From NCBI GenBank assembly GCA_015680685.1, contig MNCI01001683.1:31256-95255 (forward strand): a stretch of 64,000 nt of DNA, given 5' to 3'. The DNA is from Gnetum montanum (Eukaryota; Plantae; Gnetophyta). A program made the position numbers and the translations under genes. The notes below the pieces were generated by a model, which was not told the DNA's origin, searched no databases, and worked only from the letters and a program-made list of their open reading frames with translations. Shown one piece after another: positions 38,601 through 51,387 of the stretch (position 1 is the first letter of the stretch; each line of letters starts with the position of its first letter).

Positions 38601-41600
38601 GTCCACAGGAAGCAGGACACATACAGATAGATATCTTGATGCACTCGCAAATCATTTTGTCTAAAAAAGTTGTTCTCTCCACCCAGATTCCTTAACGGTT
38701 TACAAATCAAACACATTTCAAAACAATGCATTCCATCTCAGTGAACTCTTTTTACCTAACTAATTTTCAGAGAATGAAATCGATAAGGCATGAAAGGATA
38801 AAACCATCAGAAATTGATGCATCAAGGAAGGTATGATCAAAGAAGCCTATCTCAACAATAGGAGAAAGAAAAAAAGGAAAAGGCCAACAAAAAATGACAG
38901 TCCTACCCTTTGTCGTCAGAGCTTCAGAAATAATGGGTTATGTGCAGTAAAGAGAAGGGTTCTCCCTGATCTAGAAACCAGTGGTGCAGATAAAATCTTT
39001 CTTACCAACTCCCAAAGATGATAGAGAGAACCTTGAATACCTAGGTGTCTATCAAATCCAATGTACTCATGGGACACTCTACCTAGGTAAAAGTGGAAGA
39101 CCAATTGAACAGAAAATCAAAAAGCATCAAGCAAACATCAGATATGTCAAGAGACCAAGAGAAGCTGCAGGAAGCTAAAGTCCTAGTTAGAGAATATAAT
39201 GAAACCAATAGAAGAATTTGTAAGGCATTTGAAATCAAGATATACAAGCATAATGTAGACAAAATGGTGGCTATGTACCTAATCAATGCCGTTTGTCTAT
39301 GACCCCTTCTTTATTTTAGTCTCATTATATACATCCCCTCATTTTAGTCTCACTTCATTATACCTGAAGATGGTCTCAGTAGAGACCAAAACGTTGTACA
39401 TTATGTCCATTAACAATGAAGGCAATAAAAATTGAATTCACCCTTGTGATATCAGCCTATTCCTAACCTTGAATTACTGCTTTTCAATCTCACTAGTTTC
39501 AATGGCTCGGACATTTGAGTTCCATTCTATATTCTCCAACTTGCTCCAACCTCTTCCTGCTGTCACACTGTCTCTGAGTTGTAACCATGACAATCCTACA
39601 CATGCCAAGCCAAAAAAAGAAAAAAGAAATGGAAGTTGTGCCCAAACTTGAAGTCTGAATTTTTTAATTTTCCTTCCTAAATGAAGGGCCACATTTAATA
39701 GCAATGAAAGTCCAATGCACATTCACAGTTTCAAGACTTCATTCATAGCTTGAATGTGCGACTTGCTGGTTGACAAAGCAACCCAAATACTAGTTAAGCC
39801 ACCACCTCATTGGCAAAAGAAAACAACATAATAATCAATATTCCAAGTCATCCTATGGCACCGAAAGGCTACGTATGTTTTATTTGAGTCATCAGGCATT
39901 TGCTTTGTTTTAGACTTTAAGAAGTTCAAGATGTAATTTTCTCAATAGTACACTAAACAAAAAAAAAATGCTTTCATTGGTACAATAAAAAATATGTAGA
40001 TTTTTATCTATAAAAACATAAATTAGATTTTTTCGAATTTCACCTTTAGAACTAATTAATTACCCTTAATACTTATTATAAACACTTTTTTCCAGTTTTA
40101 TTTGAGCTGTGTTAACAGAAAAACAATCTCTAATAAGTTAATCATATTATTCTTACATAGTTATATTTGTTGCAGTATCTGCTCAAATGAATTACACTGG
40201 TTGTATCCTATTGGTCAAGCTATTTGAATAATATATAGGAGATATGAGTTAGAATTTTTCTAGTGCATTAAGTGGATGTGCTAGAATGGTTAGAGTAATG
40301 GTGATGTTAAATGATAGATTATGTGTTTGATCTACATTTGTAATTGGTTTGTCAATAAATTAGTAACAAATTCAATTTAAAACTAAGGCCCTGTTATACC
40401 TATGTTACTAATAAAGTTGGAGTGCTTTAGTTTCTTTTGTTTATTTATTTATTTTAAGTTAAAGAAGACTAAGGAAATCCAGGTTCCACAATGGCTAGGT
40501 CATAGAAAAATAAAATCATTCATCATCTAATATAATATTTACGAAATCTTCAACTGCACCATAGAATGTCAAATAACGAAAACTTTTATTCCCTGTCAAT
40601 GTCTAAGAGGCCTATTTCTATGCTCCTTTCATCTTCAAGGATTTGTGTGGTTCCCTCCAAAAATGTGTCAAGTCCCCCTAGAGGATTAACGCTACTAGCA
40701 CAAGTAATCTTTGAGCCTTGGAAGCAAAGAAACTGCAGAAATTTTAAAGAAATAGAAAGAAATCTAAATATAGGACAGTGGTTAGTAGTAAAAAAGTTGG
40801 AAAAAAATGTGAAATATAAAATTTTACTTGACTGTCTACATCTTTGAACATTTTGCTAAACTAGAATTAGAATTGACAAATTATGAATCAAAATGTCCTT
40901 AGTACTCCTAGTACATCATATTGTATTGAGAACGATAAGTTGTAAGCATTTGATTCATCACTAGTTTATAAGTAAATGAAACTAAAACTGAAAAGTCATT
41001 GCATCTATTAGACTCAAAAGAATCTATCAATCAAATCAATTTGTCCAAAGTACATCTGTATTTTTAATGTCGAATGTGTGTAATAATCATGTAGTTTGAA
41101 CACATCCTCAATGTATTGCCCTAACACCAACAGTGATATATTAAATAATTCATACAAAATTCTACTTGCAATATTCCATTTGCATCCTAAAGAGTCAACT
41201 ACATAACACAAAAAATTACCTCATTCATCTTTTATTACTTGCAAGAGACATAGCCTACGTAATGAATCTTCTTGCTAAACATTTTCCCATCTTGTAATTT
41301 TTTTAACTATAAGATGATGAGCGCCCATACTTAATTGTTAATCAGTGGTAGACCCTTTGCCCTTCCTCATCAGCTCAGTCGTGTTCCCCCACTCACTACC
41401 CAACCCCTTGCTCTCGGAGAACCTTTCTTCCTCCAAGGTCTAAGAGGCCTCTGTTTCAGCCACGACCTACGTTAGTGTAGTGCTCTTGCCCATTTCCAAC
41501 TGCTACATGTTTTCTGCCATTAGTTGCTTAGTCCAGCCTGATGTCCTTTTACCAAATCCTCCATCCATTGGAGATCCCTACGTCTCTAGGAGGCTACATC

Positions 41601-44600
41601 TTGTTGTGCCTCCTTCCACAAGTCCTACCACTGCAATTGCCACTCTACCCTTTCTTCCCGTTGCGCTTGCTCAACCACTAGGCGACACACCACTTCAACA
41701 TCTAGGGGATCCGCAAGCTATTCGGGTGCCATCTCCCTTGCGGACCCAAGTAGGTCGCCCTTGTTCAGCCTCGAAGAGGAGCCACCAACAACCCCCGCAC
41801 CATCCGGCAATGTCCATGAACCCTGATCTCTCCCATGTCATTGCTAGTAAACCAGCCATGGCTCTAGTGGCAATATTGCCATGCCCAACCTCCATAGCAT
41901 AAGGATCAACCCTAGGTATCGCCTTGGCCATCGTATTTGTAGGGAATCCCAAAAAAATTGAGGCAAATTGATGGGAGTGTCGTGCTTCATATGTCGTAAG
42001 AATGCGAAATGAACATCTACAAGCTTGTGAGGATACCCCAACTAGACGAAGTACCACTCCACCAAGACCGCTGCTTCCCGCCACATGCCCACAAGCGCCA
42101 ATTTGTGGATGTGTCCGCTAGCCATATGGGGAATCGCTCCTTTAAAGAACTCCACCACATCCATCTAGGCCTGGGCCACTGACGCTATGATCTCCCCCTC
42201 TACCGCAACTCCCAGCACCTCCACCAGCGCCTCCACAATAACCTTGATCCGTTTGCCCTGAAATTACATTTTGTTGCCCACCTGTGGAAAAAGTTCGCAA
42301 TGGAAAGCCCCAATTCTCCTTCAATGCATTTCAGCATGTTGGCTCAACGCATTTGCTCCACGACCGCCCACAAGTTGACATCTCCCACAAACTTCGTCCA
42401 AGTCAACTCAAAAAGGCACCTCTGTCCCATGGCTGCGATTGCTTCAACCCACAACTAGCATCCAACCTTGGCAACCCTTGATGGCAAAAGCAACGTCTAT
42501 CCACGGAAAATAGGGAGTTTCTGGTTTTCCAAATCGCCCACAATGTGGCAAGCGCGGCAAAGTCCCCGTTAATGATCATGATTGGCACGATGTTTGCTGC
42601 ATGCCAAATAGCCTACACAACCCAACACCCGTAGATAAAATGTAGTGTTTCAGGCTCCACACAACACAGAGGACAGCTGTTGTTCATGTGCATGCCCTGC
42701 TCCTGCAGTGCCACTCTAAGGGGCAACACCCTATGTTTAACTAACCGCCTAAATGCTTTGATTTTTCTGGGAGCCAACCCCTCCATACCTCGGTCCATCC
42801 ATCCTCAGGCGGATACAAGGACTTAATCACCTCTTTCGGGTGTTTCTCTAGCAAGTCCAACGTTTCCATTGCTTTGGCATGGCTGCACATCTTTCTCCAA
42901 AGCTAGGAGCTCCTTGCATCGGCCTCCCAGCGGCTATATTTCTGCCTTAATAGTTGTACCCACAACGCCGCCCCATTTGTTTGTTCGAGAAACCTGTTTA
43001 CCAACCTATGCAATCCCAGGGTGACCTCGTCGCAAAAAGGTAGAAGGCCAATTCCTCCCGCCAATCTTGGATGTGCCATCTGGGCCTAGGACACCAAATG
43101 GAGCTTCTTGTCTCCTTTTCCCGTAGACCACACAAAACCTCTGATGATTTGGTCAATTTTCTGAAGCATGCCACCCAGTGGAGCCACTATCAATGCCATG
43201 AACCTTAGTCGTCGCCATCAGCATTGTCAAAGCAAGCATCATCTTTCCTTTGCAAGACAAAAAACGACCAGTCCAAAGCATAGTCTTTGCTTGCAATCAC
43301 TCAACAAGGCCCATCCATGTCCTCTTCCATTGCCAGTCAAAGATTGGCATTCCCAGATAATTGTCTTGCAACCGACCTGGCAAAATCCCCAACATTTGAA
43401 CAATTTTTCCTTCCACAGTCCCCTTTGTGTTGATGAAGTTGATGGTCGACTTTCCTTTATTTATCTCTATTTATCTTGAGTCCCACCTCACGTTGCATTC
43501 TGTCAAGTGCCCTCATCAGTGTTGCTACCTACGACACAACCACTCTAGCAAATATGATCATGTCATCAGCATAATGCACCCCTAGACAATGTACCCCAGC
43601 AATGTTTAGCCCCTGCAACCCTTCAACCAAGCAATAGTTTTGAAGCAAATCCATCACCACTATAAACAATTGCGATGATAGGGGGTTCCCTTGTCGTAGC
43701 CCTCTCTCCGGTCCCTAGAACCCTCAGAGCCTCCCGTCAATATCAAAAGAGTATCGACTGTCTCTTTGCATTTGCATACACAGGTTAACAAACCTGCGGT
43801 CGAAACCCTTCAATAGCATGACTTCTCTGAGAGTCGTCCAACTCATTGTGTCATACGCCTTGGTGATATCCATCTTAATGCACATTCCCAAGAATTTGGC
43901 CGATTTGAGAGAGTGTAGAATCTCCTACAACAGTAGTACTTGATCTTGTGAAAAATGGCCTTTAACAAACCCAACCTGATGCTCACCCACCAGTTTTGTC
44001 ATTAGTGGTGTCAAACGACCAACTAGCATTTTTGAGAAAAGTCACAGCATAGTGTTGCAAACACCAATGGGCCTGAAATGACCCAGCAAAGTCAGATGGG
44101 GCACTTTGGGCAATAGCATGATCCACTAGCAATTGATCTCTCTCCAAACCTGTTGCCAGCTAAGCCTGCGATTGAAAGCATCTAGCAGGTTTGCCTCCAT
44201 GATGTTTTTCGAATGCCCAAAAGAATTCAATGGGCCACCCGTCCGACCCTGGCACCTTGTTGGCCTACGTGGACCTCATTGCCGTTAGCAACTCCACCCT
44301 TGAGAATGGTCGTAGCAAGCATTGGTTATCAGCCCTTGAGAGGACCTGCAATATCGGAACCAAGATTCTCTCTGAATCTCACCGTCACTAGACCTCACCC
44401 CAAAATTTGCACAACTCCTCTAGCCCCCGTAGGCCATGATTCGACCCTTCTCCACCTACACCCTCAAGTAAATTCTGTATCTTTATCTTGGAAGCCCACT
44501 ATGCCTTGGCTGTGGCAAAGAAAAAGTGTGTGTGCTTGTCTCCTTCCCGCAACCAAGACACCCAAAACCATTGCCTCCAATAGCTTTCCCTCCTCCCTAT

Positions 44601-47600
44601 CAAGCTCCTAGAGCTCCCACTCCTCCCTCTCAAAGTCTACCCCCATTTCCTTAAGTCGTTGGATTTCTCGTAGTCTCTCCTACACCTACTTGTACCCTTA
44701 GAAGCTGTATTTTTCGATTGTATCCTTGGCCTTAATCTGTTGTTTGAGTAACTATAGGCCATTTTTTAGAAACTCTCTAGGTTCCTGCTCCCCTATATAG
44801 TTCTACCAAATATTTTACACCAACAGCCTCAACCATGATTTGTCCAACCAGGTACATTCAAAACAGAAGGGCCAGGGAACCTAGTCCCAATCATATTGAA
44901 ACCAACCAATGATCTAAAGCCTATCTCCCTTTCCCCACAACCTTAAATGCCAAATTCCAACATGAGTCCTGAACTAAACTAGACTCTGTCAATCATAGAT
45001 TGCATGCAATCTAGCCTTCTTCTCTAATTACTCCATGTATATCTACAACCAGCAATTTCTAGGTCCACAAGATCATAATCGCAGATGAAATCTGCACAGT
45101 CTCCAACCCTAGGGAAGTCTATACTATCCCCCCCCCCCCCCTTGATTTTTCCCAGTAATACAACTGTTGGTTAAAATCCCTAAAAAGCATCCACTTGGTG
45201 GTGTTCAAGATCATAGCAGCAACCTACCTCAACTCCTGTATGCATGCCTCCCAATTCTATCCCTTGTAGATGTTGGTAAGCTAGAAATCCTCCTGAAGCA
45301 TGTGGATAGTCTGACTCCAGTTGGAATCGCCCACTGGTCTAATCAGAACCTTAGCTAGGATTGCCAATCCTCCTGTGTGACCCCTACATGTCACCATTTG
45401 GAAATGTCATCCCTCCCATTGCAACAACTTCTACTCTGATGCCTGCAACTTTGTCTCCTGCAGACATACAATGTCGCATCCCTCTTTCCCAACCATCATT
45501 TTCAAGGTATTTTGTTTATACGAGGTACCCTATCCCTGACAATTCCAAGAGAGGACTTTCATGGGGAGACAGATGATCATCTATGATACACCTCCCTAAG
45601 TGTTCGTTGCACCCCCAAATCAATGTCTAGTTGTGTGGACTTCTTCCACACTGCCGACATGCCACAACAACAAACCTTGCCCCCTGGTGGGGTGACCACG
45701 GTACCCTCGTTACTCCCACACTTTGCGCAAATCCTTCATTTTTGGCCAAGATGACCCCTTACCCAAGGTAATCCAATCCCCCAGAGAGGGTAGCTCCAAC
45801 CCCTGCACCTCTAAAGTAGCTGACCATTTAGCCGATAGGGTACAAGAAGATCCCGAGGGCCCTCCACTTCCCTCTAGCCCACCATGAACAGCAACCCCAA
45901 CATCCCTACCCTCTGCTGGCAGGTTCACATCCTCTCCTACAACTTTGGGAGGCAGCAAATGACCAACCTGCGGAGCCAGCCCACCCTCATCAAACTTTGC
46001 AGCAAGCCACGGATTCTGGAGCTAGTCATCGTGGTTTGCTGGCTGTCCCATCTTCAAAACCTGGCCTTTTCAGCCGACCAAATTCCATCCTAGTTGTTGC
46101 ATTGGGCCCTACAGCCAAATTCAACAATCTGCTGTAGGATGCCCTTTCCCGCATGTCGCACATGCAAGCGGCATTTCCCCGCAAACCCTCGGCAGGTTTT
46201 CAAACTGGACTTTGATTTTCTCTTCCCCCATGACCATGTCCAGTACCACCTCACTCACTATGTCCTTTGACCCTAAAGACCTCATACCCCATATTGTCCA
46301 TTGACACAGTAAAGGCATCGAATTTGATGAATTTGTTGAATAGGCCAACCATGGATTTCAAAAATCCCAACGCCTAGTACTCCAAGGGTAAGTCAAAGAT
46401 CCAAATCCACACCGACACACAATTGAACAAACTCGCATCACGATGTGCACCCAACCTCCAAGGTGCCAAAGCTAGATCACAGGCCCGATAGAACCACGGT
46501 CCCCCCAATAGCACCCTTTCTCTATCTACCTCCATCTGGAAACTAAAAAGCAACCTATCATCGGCAAGACTCCTCACCTTGACATTCTCTAGACCCCAGG
46601 CCACCTTGACCCATCACCCAATAAGGTCCATCCATGGGCACATGCCTTTAGACACAAATTTGCCTAACAAGCTCCTCCCTAACATTTTTAGGACCTCCTC
46701 GAGTGGGTGCCCCACCTTAAGCCACATGGTAGGCCCTTCTCTTGAGTAGGCTTCAAATTCTTCCTCTTCCCCCTTCCTTCACTGAAACCCTAACCTGTGC
46801 TTCGTGCCCATCTTCCTCTCTGCCCGCCTCCACTCTGGCTCCTTTCCCCTCTCCAGCTGCCCAACCCTTCAAGATCCCCTTGCATGAGCCAAGGTCTACA
46901 CCAAATGTTGGGTTGTGCCTAGCCATGTCAATGCTCTTGTTGACCCTCGAGGACCCCCCATCCACTTGCCTAGCCCCCTTTGCTTGCCCGCTCATGTTGC
47001 CTCCTAAATCTTTGTTTCAATAGTCGAAGATATGTTCATAGAACTATGATTTTATGTGTGCTGGATTTGAATATTGTTGATGTGCTTGTATACAACTTCT
47101 ATGATTTGGTACTAATTTGGTTTTATATCTATGAATTGATAATGGTGATGGATTTGAGTAGTGTTGATGTATTCATGACTTGTATGATGAATAGCACTGC
47201 TTGTCTCTATTGGTTCTATGTTATGTTACGTACACATGCTAGATATTGTTTAAAGGGTTTACGAATTATCTGGATCATGAGTAATGCTAGCATAAAATCA
47301 CAATTCAATGCATGAGGCAATGGTTGGATTCCTACAAATTCATTGTTGACTTAGGATCTGACATGTGTTTTTGATTGGATGAATAGCCTATGATTCTTTT
47401 TTGTGATTATGAGTTGTAGTAATGTGTGTTGTGTCTTATTATGGATGTATGTACTATCTACTAATTTAGCATCTATTAATGGAATGAACAAAATGAATGC
47501 TAAGTAGAGATGAAGTTGAAATGTTGTATTATTTGTAAGGTTGCTATTATGTTTTGATTGTTCATGTGTTGCATGACCTATGTATTAGAATGATTTCTTA

Positions 47601-50600
47601 AACCACTTAGAACATTTCTTTCTAAATTGTAAATATTAGTGCTGGTCTCATGTACATGCTTTGTTGTGTGTTTATACAAGTTTTGGATCCATCATCCCTA
47701 GGTCCTACTTTGGGAATAAGCAATCAGATTTGGGAAGAAAAGAAAATGACTCTTTATGTTATGACATGGAGAGGGCACTTATAATTCTATAGTCATGGAG
47801 GAGGTACTTATTATTACATCATAATATGAGCCTTGAAAGATCATCATGCAACCTTTTCAAGCAACCAATGCTGGTTCTAGGTTATTATCTAGAATAAGTA
47901 TTTAAACTACATGAACATTGAATACATCTAGTATACCCTAGATTTATTGCTACTAATCTAGTGTACAAAACTAATTTGTCAAACAAATCCTTTGAGTCTA
48001 TACAAATGTAATTAAATTTCATTTTCAATAATCTAGCAAATACATAATGAATTATGAAACTAAAACTAAAATTTTATTACATTCGTAGACCCTCTAGATC
48101 TATTGGATAGTAGAAATATACATGCTATAAATTTTGAAAACATCATTTAGAAAATTACCAAGTGTTCTTAGAAAAATTTAGAACAACTCAACCAAATTTG
48201 CAACTATAATATCCCCATCTATGTCTAATGTGTTCTAATGCAACACATTGCAAGAAAATGTGATATTCATTTTCAATGCTATTTGTATTGCATAGTTGAC
48301 ATATTCGTTCTTCATGAAGAATTTTTAGTCATCTACATGTTTCAACTCTCAAATGAGGAGATTCTATTCGTGCTCTATTAATTGTGCATTATAAATGATG
48401 AGAAATAGTAACAAATAACTAGTTTGCCTTTGAATTAAGACCTCCCCTGATACTATTCAAATAAAAATGTTTTTTTTTCCTTTTTTACTTCTCCATTCCC
48501 AAAGTTTTTGAAATATTGCTTGTTTTACCAAATTGTGAACTTGGTTAAGATCAAAATAGATAATATACTCTTGAATATTCTATTTGTTAAGCCATAGAAA
48601 TCCCTCATGAAGCCATCATTTATCATGGGTTTCCATCATCATTTTTTTGGAATATTCATCTAATGAAGATACAGAAAGATTATGAGCATAGGCTATAAAA
48701 TGACAAATGGCTTCAACCTCTAACAACATCATCTATGCTTTAAGTAGCATAATATCATATTGTGTCTATCTCTTCACTTTAAATTCATCAAGTTGAAAAA
48801 GCTTTTAAATTTCTTGTACTTACTTCCAGCACTTATTTAATAGAGCAAGACCCCATATAACACACCCATAAAGACTAATAACTTGAACAAATGGCATGAT
48901 AAAGTTATCTTCAAATATCCCAAGCTAAAATAGATTTCTTCTTATATATTCTTTTTAAAGCAAATAAGGTTTTCATACTACTTGCAAATCTTTGAGTAAT
49001 GCACTGATCCCATTTGTAATTGCAGGAGCATTCTAGGCCAAGATATTTGAAAACAGAAATTATGTCCACATGTTCATGTCCTATAGTAAAATTGTATATC
49101 TTATTACACTTGCCACAAATCATGATTTTTGTTTTTTAGACATTACTTATGATCAACCTATAATTATTCAAATCTAATGTCTCATTTCTTAAATCACCTA
49201 TAATCATCTATTACTTATCTTTACCCTTTTTATTTCCATCATTAAGCTTTTTCTATGATTTTTCCTATATTAGTGAAACACCCCATTTTAATAATTCAGC
49301 GTACAACCTTTCTACATCTATTACTATTTCAAAAGCTAACCAAATAGTCTCACTTATTACTTCTAATGTGAGTTATGGCACCTCCAAGTTTGTATGGCCA
49401 ATTTCTTGCGTTACAATATGATGAAAAAGATTTTATATAAAGTTTGAATCTCTGAAAATGGTAGATTACTACTTGTAGAGATCTTATGCAATAATTTACA
49501 AAAATTTCTTGGGTCTTGTTTTATTATTTTCAAAATAGAAAAATGATGATTTGAATCACTTATTTGAACATATTGTTTACATCTCTATGTGTACTTGTGT
49601 AGTTATAAATTCTTTTAGTATACTTGGAAGTTTTGTAACTTTTATTCTAACATCTTAAAAAGATCCAGACTATGATTTTACTTCTAGGAGGTGAGATTCA
49701 CATAGCATGTCTTCAAAGCCTTCAAAGTCCTTTTACATGGTATTAGAACTCATAGTATTAAAACAGCTTTTGAATCTCTGAAAATGGAAGATTGCTACTT
49801 GTAGAGATGTCATGCAATAATTTCTGAAAACTTCTTGGGTCTTGTTTTATTATTGCACTACCTTTTTATATTATTGGGTCTTGTTTCTTGCCTTACGCTA
49901 TCACTTACACTTACAAAAAACTCTTGAATCAAATAATTTTAAAGGAGAAGAGTAACTTATTGGAAGAGCTTGATAAATGAGAGGTTTACATCGTGACACC
50001 ACGTCTTTGAAACACACTTACCACTATAATAAAAAGGTAGTGCTACAGGCCATCCAACCAACACAAAACTTTGATGGAAAGTAGGTATAACATAACAATG
50101 GGTCATCACCCAAAGGCTCAATGCCTACCTACTAAGGCAAGGTCCTACAAGGGTCGGTGGATGAGCGAAAGCCTAACCTCTTTTTGAATAATTGCCCCTA
50201 GGGTTGCACGTAGGTCTTACAATTAAAAAAACACAACAATGCTTTAAGCAACATTAAAACTCGCAACCGATTACACACAAAGCAACAAACTTACTGGTTG
50301 GGCTACACTCACATTGGTAAAGAGATAGTGTTAGAAATAGGTAGTGGTAGACAATATCTAATAGTATTGAAATTATTTTTAATTATGTTCAAACCCTATG
50401 GATCTATTGGACCAGTTTAGTTTCAGCAATTTTGCATAATACTTGTACACTTCAGCATATAACCTACTAGGATCGAACCTATGACTTAAGGATGGAAGTC
50501 ACACACCTTAACCAACAAGTTAAACAATCTCAAATGAAACAAATGTTGTTATGCCCAAGGAGTTTATTTGACATGTGCTTAAATAAATTACGTCTTAATA

Positions 50601-51387
50601 CACTAGAATAAAATTGATGGATTCTGTTAACAAAATATTAGGAAGGTTCATATGTCAAAATGTATTAAGAATAATCAGTCACAACTCTTCCATCCTTAAC
50701 ATTAATTCAATGTAAGTTTTCATATTTCTTTGACAACAAAATTCCAAAGTATGTCTTTACTGCTATGGGTAACTTGATGAAGCAAATCTCCTAAACATTC
50801 AAAACTCTTTTACAAGTTCTGTATATCGAATCTTAAATCTTCAACATAAACCTAGACTGAGCGTTCTAAAATGGATGAATTTATATTCCAATCTCAAAAT
50901 GTTGGCACCAGGACTGTAAGAATGATCTAGACATTAAGCAAAATTTTAGCAAAGCTTTTCAAAGTCAGCAATCTTTTGGCATGAATACATTCCAAAACAT
51001 AATTTCACATGACTCGGTGATGAAATCTGTTATAATTTTAAGCAAATTAGACATTGGTATAAGCTTTATGCACAATAGGGGATCATGCCACTCCCAACCT
51101 AATAGCGCTATATGAAAAACCAATGATAACGAAAATGAAAATTTTGCTCATAGAATAAATTCTGAAATTTATACTGGTAGTTATAAAAATCTTAGAAATG
51201 GCTTTCCTTTGGGTGTAAGTATTCATGTCCATCAAAAGAGAAACTGATGAAGAACCCCATAAAACAGCAACTATCCAAACAGGATCAAAATAACATAAAT
51301 AACAACCCACCTGTATGTAACGGGAAGGGAAGCTAAAGATGGTCGTATCATTTTTAATGCTTCTTCTTCCTCATTAGTCCTCCATAT
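35674..51387 (-). CDS. pfkB/ribokinase-family carbohydrate kinase-like gene, last six exons: 51387-51311, 37680-37537, 36905-36791, 36484-36441, 36346-36150, 35783-35674. 5' exons not found in the window
   Basis: All junctions are GT-AG with consistent phases. Spliced peptide: IWRTNEEEEALKMIRPSLASLPVTYR|NAKVYHVGVHP...SELM|ALVSAGNIFSANEKEVASLVGPGPPLEMIERLDELGAE|VITLRRGPSGSIVHR|SDTKETWEIPA...VVDPTGCGNTFCGGFLLGW...ASVAASFM|AEHEGVPPP...KLTIP*. Contains NxxE and PfkB signature-2-like motifs. Confidence 0.9.
38510..39430 (+). mobile_element. Penelope-like element (PLE) remnant: RT C-terminus plus GIY-YIG endonuclease plus 3' terminal region
   Basis: NGSLGFLDVHISKR...VHRKQ(fs)THTDRYLDALANH is the PLE RT thumb signature (FLDV...YRKPTHTDRYL). 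KDDRENLEYLGVYQIQCTHGTLYLGKSGRPIEQKIKKH is the GIY-YIG domain. A hammerhead-like motif lies downstream. Confidence 0.88.
39358..39400 (+). ncRNA. Minimal type-I hammerhead ribozyme motif (mutated) at the PLE 3' end
   Basis: tac-CTGAAGA-t-GGTCTC-agta-GAGACC-AAAAC-GTT-gta: CUGANGA box, 6-bp stem II, GAAA mutated to AAAA, palindromic AACGTT stem III and a short tac/gta stem I. Confidence 0.75.
41338..42430 (-). pseudogene. Putative LINE ORF3 (accessory domain similar to the LTR-element 'env-like' ORF), degenerate
   Basis: ATG at 42430: MGQRCLFELTWTKF...NFFHRW(fs)FQGKRIKVIVEALVEVLGVAVEGE...WREAAVLVEWYFV*LGYPHKLVDVHFAFLRHMKHDTPINLPQFFWDSLQ..., then a helical tail, stop at 41338 and poly(A) ~35 bp later. 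Confidence 0.55.
42403..45562 (-). pseudogene. LINE ORF2 (APE endonuclease, RT, zf-RVT), degenerate
   Basis: MKVLSWNCQG at 45562; DFN motif at ~45175; KMDITKAYDTMSW; GLRQGNPLS; HYADDMII; KIKAF...CPLCCVEPETLHFIYGC; WAIWKTRNSLF. Confidence 0.88.
45565..46995 (-). pseudogene. LINE ORF1 (DUF4283-like plus zinc knuckle), degenerate
   Basis: LLFSFQMEVDRERVLLGGPWFYRACDLALAPW...VSVWIWIFDLPLEY and IKVQFENLPRVC...CATCGKGHPTADC. Confidence 0.85.
48450..49160 (-). mobile_element. Old non-LTR retrotransposon RT C-terminal fragment
   Basis: FTIGHEHVDIISVFKYLGLECSCNYKWDQCITQR contains the FKYLG RT motif. Confidence 0.6.
49443..49853 (+). repeat. ~85-bp imperfect direct repeat (49443-49528 and 49769-49853)
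   Basis: tttgaatctctgaaaatgg(t/a)agatt(a/g)ctacttgtagagat...cttgggtcttgttttattatt occurs twice. Confidence 0.8.
50100..50315 (-). mobile_element. Au-like SINE (tRNA-like head plus RTE-related tail)
   Basis: Minus strand: tgtagcccaaccagtaag...gcgagttttaat head. Tail aggttaggctttcgctcatcca...gcattgagcctttgggtgatgacc also occurs at 54035-54120 on the plus strand. Confidence 0.55.
50462..50525 (-). other. tRNA-derived fragment (SINE head or tRNA pseudogene)
   Basis: Minus strand gtttaacttgttggttaagg...cataggttcgatcc has A-box and B-box spacing but no intact cloverleaf. Confidence 0.45.

Larger units (their letters stand above)
41298..47005 (-). mobile_element. Near full-length L1-type LINE (ORF1, ORF2, extra ORF3, short poly(A))
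   Basis: GC-rich island within AT-rich intron. ORF1, ORF2 and ORF3 motifs are listed separately. T7 tract at 41298-41304 is the minus-strand poly(A). No convincing TSD found. Confidence 0.9.
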
